A stretch of DNA of 64,000 bases from the NCBI GenBank assembly GCA_050998805.1, contig JBPCPV010000015.1, positions 145,423 to 209,422 on the forward strand. Direction: 5' to 3'. The notes beneath the pieces are model-generated. The model did no database searches. It saw only the letters and a list, made by a program, of their open reading frames with translations, and had not been told where the DNA came from. Below are positions 36,485 through 44,998 of this stretch, piece by piece (the stretch's first letter is position 1; each line of letters opens with the position of its first letter). Source of the stretch: Chloroflexia bacterium. GTDB lineage: Bacteria; Chloroflexota; Chloroflexia; QHBQ01; JAICKM01. The position numbers and the translations under genes are program-made.

Positions 36485-37090
36485 TTGAATCTTGAGTCGG
36501 CGGGCTGGCAGCTTTGCCTCGATTTCGCCAACACGCTTGGTGGGCGCTATGGCGCGACGCAGATCGACCGCCTCGCAAGCTACGGCGACCTCGTGGCTTG
36601 GAGCCTCCACGCCGCTATCTTGACGGCTGCCGAAGCCGAGCGATTGCTGCGCGGCGCAGATGCGCGCCCCGCTGAGGCGGCGGCTGTCCTCGAAGAGGCT
36701 AGGGCCTTGCGTGAAGCGATCTACGATGTATTCTCTGCTATTACGCTGGGCCGAGAGGTGCCTACGGGCGCACTCGATGCGCTGAACAGCCATCTGTCCA
36801 CAGCACTTGCGAAATCCCGGGTCGTGCCTTCGGAGAACGGCTTCACGTTGGGCTGGGCAGAAGACGACGCCTCGCTCGACCCCATGCTCTGGCCCCTAGC
36901 CCGATCTGCGGCGGATCTGCTGACTGCCGGCGACCTCGACCGTGTGAGTGAATGTGCCGCAGAGGACTGCGCCTGGCTCTTCATAGACACCAGCCGCAAC
37001 CACAGCCGCCGCTGGTGCGACATGCAAGACTGCGGCAACCGCGAGAAAGCCCGCCGCTTCTATAGCCGCAAGCGCCAAGCCGAAGGCTAG
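36485..37090 (+). CDS. CGNR zinc finger domain protein (ABATE + CGNR)
   Basis: C-terminal ...SECAAEDCAWLFIDTSRNHSRRWCDMQDCGNREKARRFY... contains the CGNR motif. TTG start per the track. Confidence 0.8.
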   Translation: MNLESAGWQLCLDFANTLGGRYGATQIDRLASYGDLVAWSLHAAILTAAEAERLLRGADARPAEAAAVLEEARALREAIYDVFSAITLGREVPTGALDALNSHLSTALAKSRVVPSENGFTLGWAEDDASLDPMLWPLARSAADLLTAGDLDRVSECAAEDCAWLFIDTSRNHSRRWCDMQDCGNREKARRFYSRKRQAEG

Positions 37091-37099
37091 CCTCACCAC

Positions 37100-37181
37100 G
37101 ATTGATGTTCAACTCAGCGAAGATGTTCAAGATGTTCGGCCCCACGGGAATGAACATCTTCGGCAAGATGAACATCTTCGC
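37100..37181. promoter_or_regulatory. Array of GATGTTC(A/G) direct repeats (x3) followed by inverted GAACATCTTCG copies (x2); complex inverted repeat after the CGNR gene
   Basis: gatgttcaactcagcgaagatgttcaagatgttcggccccacgggaatgaacatcttcggcaagatgaacatcttcgc seen directly. The arms can pair in more than one register. Confidence 0.4.
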
Positions 37182-37303
37182 AGCCCCACGGTGCTCTACG
37201 GGATTGGGCCCGGAACCATCTGCCCTGGCTGCGGCACGCCGCGAGACATTTCGGGGTTATGCCCCCACTACGACGGCGACCACTGGCACACCACGCCACA
37301 TGC

Positions 37304-37312
37304 TGGTATAAT
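37304..37312 (+). promoter_or_regulatory. Extended -10 promoter element TGGTATAAT
   Basis: ctggtataatgctatctgaagaaggaggcgcccctATG: TGn-TATAAT 25 nt upstream of the DUF1992 ATG, with a GAAGGAGG RBS. Confidence 0.45.
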
Positions 37313-37337
37313 GCTATCTGAAGAAGGAGGCGCCCCT

Positions 37338-37856
37338 ATGGACGAGGGAGCACAGGGCGATAGGTTCCGTATCCTCGCCGAACGGCGGATACGCGATGCC
37401 ATCGAGTCGGGCGAGTTCCGGGTCAAGACCGGGCCGGACCAGGTGCTGGACCTCGAGGAGAACCCCTACATCGAGGAAGATTGGCGCATGGTCTTCCATG
37501 TCCTGCGGAACGGCCACTTCCGCCCCGACTGGATGGAGGTCGCCGACGAGATAGACCAAGATCTGGCGGCCTGGCGGCAGGCGGCAGACGACCATTTCCG
37601 CTTCCTGCGCGAGCGGCTCGAGGCCGCGACCTGCACGTTTAGGGGCACCATGCGCCTGCGCGAGGAAGTCGCCGCGCTCAAACTCCGTCACCAGCGCGCG
37701 ACGGCCCACCACGCGGAGATGATCGAGGAGATCAACCGCAAGATCCACCGCTACAACGCGACCGTGCCCGCGCCCGGCCTGATGCGCGGCACGATACTCG
37801 CCGACGAAGCCATGCGCCGCTGGCACGACCGGCTCCCGGCGTATCTTGAATATTGA
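37338..37856 (+). CDS. DUF1992 domain protein (DnaJ-homolog subfamily C member 28-like)
   Basis: MDEGAQGDRFRILAERRIRDAIESGEF...NPYIEEDWRMVFHVLRNGHFRPDWMEV... Start chosen at the ATG with a strong RBS. The track ORF 37191.. includes a 49-aa upstream extension. Confidence 0.65.
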   Translation: MDEGAQGDRFRILAERRIRDAIESGEFRVKTGPDQVLDLEENPYIEEDWRMVFHVLRNGHFRPDWMEVADEIDQDLAAWRQAADDHFRFLRERLEAATCTFRGTMRLREEVAALKLRHQRATAHHAEMIEEINRKIHRYNATVPAPGLMRGTILADEAMRRWHDRLPAYLEY

Positions 37857-37908
37857 AATATCCGGGTAGGGGCAGGTCTCAGACCCGCTCGCTCCAAAGT
37901 GAGGATGT

Positions 37909-39231
37909 ATGGAACACGCAACTCAAACTGCCGCCCCCGCAGCAGTAGCGACGATGCAGCGCACGCGGGCGCTGGCCCCCGGAAGCGTGACACGCACCGT
38001 GCTGCCGAACGGCCTGGTCGTCCTGGTCTACCCCAATGATGCGATCCCGGCCGTCAGCCTCCGCCTGAACACACGTAGCGGCGCGATCTACGACCCAGAG
38101 GAGAAGTCCGGCCTCGCCGGTATGACTGCAAGCGCCATGCGCCGGGGCACGCTCCGCCACAGCTTCACCGAACTCAACGAGATCACCGAGGCGCGTGGAC
38201 TGTCGGTCGGCGTGGACAGCGGACTCCACCTGCTTGGCGTTAGCGGGCGCGGGCTGAAAGAGGATACCGGCTTCCTCTTCGAGACCCTCGCCGAGGTGCT
38301 GCGCGAGCCGTCCTTCCCCCACGACGAGATCGAGCGTCTGCGCGCGCAGTGGATCACCGGGCTGCTGCAACAGGAGGATGACACCCAGTCGAAGGCCGAC
38401 GAACTCTTCCGCGCCGCGCTCTACCCGCCCGCCCACCCTTACCACCACGACCCCGGCGGCACCATCGAGTCGGTGCGGGCGATCCAGCGCCCCGACATGG
38501 AGACATTCTACGCGCAATATGTGCGCCCCGAAGGCGCGGCGCTAGTCGTCGTCGGCGACATCACGCCTGATGCGGCCATCGAGTTAGCCTCCCGTACCCT
38601 CGGCGATTGGCGGGTGAGCGGCGACCCAGCCCCGTTCGCTGTGCCCGATGCGTCCTCGCCGGAGGCGATCAGCGAGGTGGTTCACTTGATGCCGAGCAAG
38701 ACGCAGAACGACCTCGTGCTAGGCAGCGTATCTCTCCGCCGCACCGACCCCGACTACTACGCACTCGAGATGATGAACCTGATCCTGGGGCGGCTCGGCC
38801 TCTACGGGCGCTTCGGCAAGAGCGTGCGCGAGGAGCAGGGCCTTGCCTACTACGCCTATAGCGGCGTCGAGGCCGGCTTCGGCCCCGGCCCCTGGGCAGT
38901 GCGCGCCGGAGTCAACCCCGCGAACGTCCGCCGCGCCCTCGACAGCATCCTCGCCGAGATGCGGCGGATACAGGACGAGCCGGTGAGCGCGGACGAACTC
39001 GCCGCCGGCCAACGGTTCCAGACCGGCACGCTGCCCCTGCGCCTGGAGAAGAACAGCGGTCTCGCCGGTCAGATCATGGAGATCGAGCTATTCGGCCTCG
39101 GCTGGGACTACGTGCAGCGTTACCCCGAGATCGTCAACAGCCTCACCATAGCCGATGTGCAGCGTGCGGCGCGGACCTATCTCCACCCCGACCGCTACGT
39201 GCTGGCACTCGCCGGCCCTGAGATACCGTAA
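37909..39231 (+). CDS. M16 (pitrilysin/insulinase) family peptidase-like protein, probably a non-catalytic subunit
   Basis: ...VTRTVLPNGLVVLVYPNDAIPAVSLRLNTRSGAIYDPEEKSGLAGMTASAMRRGT... is the M16 N-terminal domain pattern, but no HxxEH zinc motif is seen. Confidence 0.7.
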   Translation: MEHATQTAAPAAVATMQRTRALAPGSVTRTVLPNGLVVLVYPNDAIPAVSLRLNTRSGAIYDPEEKSGLAGMTASAMRRGTLRHSFTELNEITEARGLSVGVDSGLHLLGVSGRGLKEDTGFLFETLAEVLREPSFPHDEIERLRAQWITGLLQQEDDTQSKADELFRAALYPPAHPYHHDPGGTIESVRAIQRPDMETFYAQYVRPEGAALVVVGDITPDAAIELASRTLGDWRVSGDPAPFAVPDASSPEAISEVVHLMPSKTQNDLVLGSVSLRRTDPDYYALEMMNLILGRLGLYGRFGKSVREEQGLAYYAYSGVEAGFGPGPWAVRAGVNPANVRRALDSILAEMRRIQDEPVSADELAAGQRFQTGTLPLRLEKNSGLAGQIMEIELFGLGWDYVQRYPEIVNSLTIADVQRAARTYLHPDRYVLALAGPEIP

Positions 39232-39233
39232 AC

Positions 39234-40310
39234 ATGGCCGATGTGCTGACTATCGGCGAGCTTCGGGTGGACCTGGTTGCAGGTCGGGCTGGGCCGCTTG
39301 CCGGGGCGCAGACCTTCACCCGCGCCCCCGGCGGCGACATGGCCTCGGTGGCCGCAGGTGTGGTGCGTCTCGGAAGGAGCGCGGCCTTCGTCGGCCTGGT
39401 CGGCGACGATCCGTTTGGCCGCTACTTGCTGCGGGCGCTCGATGAACACGGTGTGGACACGCGGTATATAGGCATCCACCCACGGGGCCGCACGCCGGTC
39501 GCCTTCGTCAACCGCCCCGACGATGCCGGCACGCCTGGCGGGGATGGCTCGCTCCTCTCCCCTATGGCCGAGGAGCCGGGGGAGAAGACGTTTCTTTTCT
39601 ACCGTGAGGGCGGGGCCGACCAACTCCTGAGTCCGGCCTGGGTGCCGACAGAAGCTGTGGAACAGGCGCGTGTGGTCGTCGGCAGCGGAGTCTCCCTGGC
39701 GAGCGCGTTGCCACGGGCGACGCTTCACGCCGCGATTGACACAGCACACGCAGCCGGCGTCGCCGTCGCGCTCGATGTGGACTGGCGGCCCGCGCTTTGG
39801 CAAACCCCTGAGCGCGCCCGGGACCTCTACTACGCGCTCTTCCCGCAGGTGGACATCCTGATGTTGAGCGCGAGCGAGATGATCATGCTCACTGGGGGTA
39901 CTGCGTCGTCGGAGGAAGGAAGGCTGGGCGCGATCCTACACGCCTGGGTGGAGCGGCTGGTGGCCGGGCGAACTAAGCCGCTGCTGGTGGCGCTCACCCG
40001 TGGGCCTGACGGCTGCACTTACGGCCTCTGGCACCCTGGCGGCCCCGGCATGGACATCACCCACCTGGCGGCCTGCGACATCCTGGCGAAGGACCGTAGC
40101 GGCGCAGGTGAGGCGTTTATGGCTGGTCTGCTGGTCGCGTTGCTTGACAGGGGAATGGATCTGTCGAGCCTGACGCTAGACGACATGGCCGCCGTCTTCG
40201 CCTGGGCGAACGCATCGGGGGCGCTGGCGACGACCCGGCGAGGCGCTATGGCGGCGCTGCCGGGCCGCAGTAGCGTGCTGCGGCTTGTCAAAGGCGGGCG
40301 TGCTCCTTGA
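39234..40310 (+). CDS. PfkB family carbohydrate kinase (ribokinase-like)
   Basis: ...DMASVAAGVVRLGRSAAFVGLVGDDPFGRYLL... N-terminal sugar-binding region. C-terminal ...DRSGAGEAFMAGLL... (DTxGAGD-like anion hole). Confidence 0.7.
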   Translation: MADVLTIGELRVDLVAGRAGPLAGAQTFTRAPGGDMASVAAGVVRLGRSAAFVGLVGDDPFGRYLLRALDEHGVDTRYIGIHPRGRTPVAFVNRPDDAGTPGGDGSLLSPMAEEPGEKTFLFYREGGADQLLSPAWVPTEAVEQARVVVGSGVSLASALPRATLHAAIDTAHAAGVAVALDVDWRPALWQTPERARDLYYALFPQVDILMLSASEMIMLTGGTASSEEGRLGAILHAWVERLVAGRTKPLLVALTRGPDGCTYGLWHPGGPGMDITHLAACDILAKDRSGAGEAFMAGLLVALLDRGMDLSSLTLDDMAAVFAWANASGALATTRRGAMAALPGRSSVLRLVKGGRAP

Positions 40311-40313
40311 GCC

Positions 40314-40514
40314 TCAGCGCCGCTTTTCGCGCAGCAGGCTCACAGAGGCAACGAAGGCCGCTAGCCCTACCACGAGGAACAACACCGGCCCCAGGTAATT
40401 TCCGTCCAGGAAGCCGCGTGGCCCGTAGGGCGAGCCGAAGACGGACATCACCGCCGCTCCCAGGTACAACAAGCCGACAATAGCCAGCACACTGCCGAAA
40501 AGTAAGCGTCCCAT
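40314..40514 (-). CDS. Small membrane protein (2 TM helices)
   Basis: MGRLLFGSVLAIVGLLYLGAAVMSVFGSPYGPRGFLDGNYLGPVLFLVVGLAAFVASVSLLREKRR. Start at the ATG preceded by a GAGAGGAG RBS. Confidence 0.4.
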   Translation of the reverse strand: MGRLLFGSVLAIVGLLYLGAAVMSVFGSPYGPRGFLDGNYLGPVLFLVVGLAAFVASVSLLREKRR

Positions 40515-40586
40515 GCGTGCGTTCTCCTCTCTACTTTGATTATAGCAGACAAGGCCCACCTTGACCAGTGTCTAAAAGGAGCAGCC

Positions 40587-41471
40587 ATGAAGGACCGGGC
40601 GGAGCATCACTACATCGAAACGAACGGCGTCACCTTGCACGTAGTAGCTGCTGGGCCGGAGGACGGCCCTTTGGTGCTTCTGCTGCATGGCTTCCCCGAC
40701 TTCTGGTACGGCTGGCGGCACCAGATTCCTGCGCTTGCTGCTGCCGGCTATCGTGTGCTGGCACCCGACCAGCGCGGTTACAACCTCAGCGAGAAGCCGG
40801 TGGGTGCCGCCGCCTATGGGATCGAGACGCTGGCGGCCGATATAGTTGGGCTGATCCACGCCGTCGGGCGGGATCGGGCGTTTGTGGTCGGCCACGATTG
40901 GGGCGGAGGCGTCGCTTGGGAGTTGGGGTGCAGCCATCCGGAGTGCGTGGAGAGGCTGGCGATCCTCAACTCGCCATACCCAGCCGTGCTGCTGGACAGC
41001 ATCCGCCGTAGTCCCGCCCAGCTACGCAAAAGTTGGTACATCCTCTTCTTCCAGATCCCGGCGCTGCCGGAGTTCCTGTTGAGCCTCGGCAACTGGCGGC
41101 TTGCGTCCCGGTCGCTCTCCCAGAGCAGCCGCCCTGGTGCCTTTACCGACCTCGACATGCGCCGCTACCGCCGCGCCTGGTCCCGCCCACGTGCCATGAC
41201 CTCGATGCTCAATTGGTACAGGGCGGCGATCCGCCATCAACCCGCTCCGCCCGCTGATCCCCGCGTGCATCTGCCGACGATGCTGATCTGGGGAGCGCAG
41301 GACCAGTTTCTAGGCCGCGATCTGGCCGTGCAGAGCCTCTCCTACTGCGACGACATCCGCCTTGAGGTGATCGACGATGCGACCCACTGGGTGCAGCACG
41401 AGGAGCCTGAGCGAGTGAATCGGCTGCTGCTCGACTTCTTACGCTCCCCTGCGCCCCTCGTGGATGAATGA
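40587..41471 (+). CDS. Alpha/beta hydrolase (epoxide hydrolase-like)
   Basis: ...GPLVLLLHGFPDFWYGWRHQIPALAAAGYRVLAPDQRGYNLS...FVVGHDWGGGVAWEL...; AAAGGAG RBS before the ATG. Confidence 0.85.
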   Translation: MKDRAEHHYIETNGVTLHVVAAGPEDGPLVLLLHGFPDFWYGWRHQIPALAAAGYRVLAPDQRGYNLSEKPVGAAAYGIETLAADIVGLIHAVGRDRAFVVGHDWGGGVAWELGCSHPECVERLAILNSPYPAVLLDSIRRSPAQLRKSWYILFFQIPALPEFLLSLGNWRLASRSLSQSSRPGAFTDLDMRRYRRAWSRPRAMTSMLNWYRAAIRHQPAPPADPRVHLPTMLIWGAQDQFLGRDLAVQSLSYCDDIRLEVIDDATHWVQHEEPERVNRLLLDFLRSPAPLVDE

Positions 41472-42308
41472 GATGATCTCGTCAGCCGTCAGTCCCGGGT
41501 CTACGCCTCCAACGTCGAGCGGAGATTTCGACCGCTTTCGTCCGATCAGTTGAAAAATCCGCGCCAATAGGTAGTATGGATACTTCTTACTCATGGCATA
41601 CTCCAGCCGTTCCAACTCCGTGAAAAAGGCTGCCTCATTCTTTAGGTCGTTGTTAGGAATGTAATCGCAGACGCAGCGCACACCGTATTGGGCAAGCAGA
41701 GTGCATCCTACTTCCTGTAGCGCCTGACTTAGTTCCGCCGCTGCATACGCTCGGACAGGTAAATTGAACACAGAGGAGAAAACCGTTTCCGTATCTAGCT
41801 TCTCATACGCTGCCTTCGGATTCAACTGCTGCAAGGCCTCACGATAAGGCTCCGAATAGCGATTAACACAAATGATTGAGATCAGCCCACCGGGTAGTAG
41901 CGGGTGACAGACTGACTCCAGTGCGGCACCAATGTCCTCTATATACTGCAAGACATTATGACAGAGTACGACGTCGAATCTGGTTTCGGGGAAGAGCTTC
42001 GGGATCTCCGTAAGCTCCGCCCTGTGAAACTCCATCTGTTGAGCAACGCCTGCTGCTCGGGCTTTGTGAAGAGCCTCGTTTATCAGTTCGACTGAGGGGT
42101 CAAGTAGTGCCAATGAATGGCCCTGTGCAGCAAATGAGATTGCATCAACCCCGTTCCCGCCGCCCACATCGAGGAACCGCAACGGTTACCCATCGAGGTG
42201 GCGCTGCACGTTAGCGCAAGAGATATTGTGGAGCAGGCGGCCCCAGTGAGAACTTTGATAGTTTCCGAAGGCGGACGCATTAGCGTCAAACGGTTGCGTA
42301 AAGGCCAT
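41439..42308 (-). pseudogene. Class I SAM-dependent methyltransferase interrupted by an in-frame TAA (42186-42188)
   Basis: The frame from the ATG at 42308 gives MAFTQPFDANASAFGNYQSSHWGRLLHNISCANVQRHLDG-TAA-PLRFLDVGGGNGVDAISFAAQGHSLALLD.... The stop falls a few residues before the GxGxG SAM-binding motif. The downstream part is track ORF 41439-42182. Confidence 0.55.
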
Positions 42309-42351
42309 CGAACGCTATCCCATTTCTAGTTGTGCCATTGAAAACAGAACT

Positions 42352-43854
42352 TCAGTAAGAACTGCCTCGCAGCATATACATCAGCGTGCGTGCGATGATC
42401 TTGAGGTCGAAGAGGAGCGACCAACGCTCCACGTAGTCGAGGTCGTAGCGGGTGCGCTCCTCCACCGAGGTGTCGCCGCGCAGGCCGTTCACCTGTGCCC
42501 AGCCGGTGATGCCGGCCTTTTCGCGGTGGCGCTTCATGTAGTGCGGTATCGTCCGGCTGAACTGCTGCACGTAGTAGCGTTGTTCGGGGCGCGGGCCGAC
42601 TACGCTCATCTCTCCCAGCAGCACGTTGATGAACTGGGGCATCTCATCCAGCGAGAAGCGGCGGAGCCATTTGCCGAGGCGCGTGCGGCGCGGGTCTTCC
42701 GCCACGGTCCAGCCAGGCCCGTCGCCGGAGCCGGTCCCCATCGTGCGGAACTTGATCACATGGATCGGCCTACCGTCCCGACCGACGCGTTCCTGTATGA
42801 AGAAGATCGGGCCGGGCGAATCGAGCTTCACCATCAGCGCGGTCAACAAGAGCAGCGGCGAGCTTAACACGAGGATCAACCCGCTGAACAGGATGTCGAA
42901 GGCGCGCTTGACTATCCGGTTCCAGCCCCGGAGCGCCACGTCGCGCACCTCGTACATCGGCAGGCCGCCCAACATGCCGACGTTGACCTCCGGCTCGATC
43001 ATAAGCTGCACGATGTCCGGGTAGAGCTTGATCGAAACATTCGCGTCCTGGCAGTGGGACACGATCTCGAAGAGTTCGGCGGGTGTCGCGCCCGGCATGG
43101 CGACTATCACTTCGTCTGCCTCGTGGCGGTGGGCGATGCGCTCGATGTCGTCTACAGCGCCGAGGACCGGCACGTTCCAGACGGTGCGCTCTTCGGCCAG
43201 GCGTGGAGGCTCAATCGCGCCGAGCACGCGGTATCCGAGATCCGGGCGCGCCTGTATGCGGTCGAGGATCGTGCGCGCCGAGTCGCCCATGCCGACGATC
43301 AAGACGCGCTGTGTGCTGAGGCCGCGCCGCCGCAGCGCGCCGACCACCAGCCCGAACACCAACCGGTCGAACGCGGTGAAGATGACACATCCGGCCCAGC
43401 CCATCAGGAGCATCAGCCGGGAGTAGACGAAATCGTTGCCCAACAGCATCGAGTTTAGGGCGATTGAGCCGATCAGCCCGATTGAGACGGCAGCCGCCAG
43501 CTTATATATCTCGTCAACCCGCGACGCCCCACGGCTCAGGCGATAGAGGCCGCTGACGTTGAAGACGACCAGCAACGACAGCAGTGTCGTGCTGAGCATC
43601 AGCACGTAGGTGGGGATAGAGGGCGCGGTGTAGGTCGGCGCGATGTCGCTCTCGAACCGGAGTTCATAGGCGAGCACGAGTGCGGCGACCCAGGCCAGGA
43701 TGTCGAGGGCGGCCTGTGCGCCGATCAGGATCAGTGGACCTTTACGCATCGGCTGCACCGCACGGGCCGCAGCCGACCTCTGCTCAGGCTGCTCCGTCAG
43801 AGGTGCGGGCGGCGTCCGTTTTACATTCCGCTGTTGCTTGTCGGCGACTGCCAA
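42352..43854 (-). CDS. Polyprenyl-phosphate sugar phosphotransferase (WbaP/bacterial sugar transferase family), N-terminal TM + CoA-binding-like domain
   Basis: C-terminal ...RIVKRAFDILFSGLILVLSSPLLLL...IFFIQERVGRDGRPIHVIKFRTM...SLDEMPQFINVLLGEMSVVGPRP.... Alternative start at the ATG at 43749. Confidence 0.85.
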   Translation of the reverse strand: MAVADKQQRNVKRTPPAPLTEQPEQRSAAARAVQPMRKGPLILIGAQAALDILAWVAALVLAYELRFESDIAPTYTAPSIPTYVLMLSTTLLSLLVVFNVSGLYRLSRGASRVDEIYKLAAAVSIGLIGSIALNSMLLGNDFVYSRLMLLMGWAGCVIFTAFDRLVFGLVVGALRRRGLSTQRVLIVGMGDSARTILDRIQARPDLGYRVLGAIEPPRLAEERTVWNVPVLGAVDDIERIAHRHEADEVIVAMPGATPAELFEIVSHCQDANVSIKLYPDIVQLMIEPEVNVGMLGGLPMYEVRDVALRGWNRIVKRAFDILFSGLILVLSSPLLLLTALMVKLDSPGPIFFIQERVGRDGRPIHVIKFRTMGTGSGDGPGWTVAEDPRRTRLGKWLRRFSLDEMPQFINVLLGEMSVVGPRPEQRYYVQQFSRTIPHYMKRHREKAGITGWAQVNGLRGDTSVEERTRYDLDYVERWSLLFDLKIIARTLMYMLRGSSY

Positions 43855-43871
43855 TCCATTCAGCCTTTCTT

Positions 43872-44867
43872 CTAACTCACTCGCTTCTGTTCTGCGGCGC
43901 GCGTCGCGTTGACTGCGAGGGCTAAGGCGGCCCGCAAGGTGATTCCCAGCCGCACCATGGTGCTGACCAGCCGGCCGTAGCGCGCCGCGTAGTGCTTCGA
44001 GTAAAAGATGTGCATCGCACGGTAAAACTCGCGTATCGAGCGGGCGCTGCGCTTTCGGCTGCTCGCGCCTTTGATGTGCAACACAGTAACCGCCGGGTAG
44101 TAGAAGACCCGCCAGCCCCGTTCCTTGATCCGGTAGGCCAGGTCGAGATCCTCGCCATACATGAAAAACCGTTCGTCGTATAGACCCGCCTGCCCGAGCG
44201 CGGCCCCGCGCACCAGCATGAACGCGCCGACCACCGAGTCGACCTCAGCCGTCTCGTGCTCGCTGAGGTGGGTCAGATTGTAGCGCGAGATCGACGCGCT
44301 GCCGGGGAAAAGCCGCGACAGGCCCGACAGCTTGAAGAGCGAGTTGAGCGGCGTCGGGAACGACCTCCGGCAAGCCAGGTCGAGGCTGCCGTCCGGCCTC
44401 TCCAGACGAGGCCCGGCCACGCCCGCGTCCGGCGTGCGCTCCATAAAGTCAACCATGATCTCCAGCGCGTTCGGCGGCAGCGCCGTATCCGGGTTCAGAA
44501 ACAGGATATAATCCGCCCCGAACTGCAAGCCCGCGTTCCCCTGCGCCGGTATCTCCGAACCTGGCTGCGAACCACGGCTCTGACTCTGGACCGGCTGTTG
44601 GACATGGATCTGCCCGTGGACTTCAAGCGCGCGTAAGGCTATGTTGTTGGCGAAGCCGAAACCGCCGTTGTAGCCGCTTTCCAGCAGTTCGACTTGCGGG
44701 TAGTGTTCGATCACGAACTCCACGCTGCCGTCAGTACTGTCGTTGTCCACCAGAAGGACGCGGAATGGATAGCGACAAGTACTGGAGAAGACGGAATCGA
44801 GACACCCTGACAGCAATTCGCGTGTGTTGTAGTTGACAATAAGGATCGCCAGGGTCGGCGTAGGCAT
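43872..44867 (-). CDS. Glycosyltransferase family 2
   Basis: MPTPTLAILIVNYNTRELLSGCLDSVFSST...VLLVDNDSTDGS.... The sequence TGGTATAAT lies 6 nt upstream of this ATG on the coding strand, suggesting a possible leaderless start. The track ORF starts 16 codons earlier. Confidence 0.8.
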   Translation of the reverse strand: MPTPTLAILIVNYNTRELLSGCLDSVFSSTCRYPFRVLLVDNDSTDGSVEFVIEHYPQVELLESGYNGGFGFANNIALRALEVHGQIHVQQPVQSQSRGSQPGSEIPAQGNAGLQFGADYILFLNPDTALPPNALEIMVDFMERTPDAGVAGPRLERPDGSLDLACRRSFPTPLNSLFKLSGLSRLFPGSASISRYNLTHLSEHETAEVDSVVGAFMLVRGAALGQAGLYDERFFMYGEDLDLAYRIKERGWRVFYYPAVTVLHIKGASSRKRSARSIREFYRAMHIFYSKHYAARYGRLVSTMVRLGITLRAALALAVNATRAAEQKRVS

Positions 44868-44998
44868 ACCCTGATTATACCAAGTAGTGTCAAGCAGCGA
44901 CCGCTCCATCAGCATCTATCCCGTCTGCGGCTACTAGTCACATTTGCATCACAATCCCGCCCACTATATAACGAACCGGACGCCTTGTGGGTCGTATT

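Noticed and set aside
42083-42289. 68-aa - strand ORF
   Set aside because: It overlaps, in another frame, the N-terminal fragment of the methyltransferase pseudogene. No independent support.
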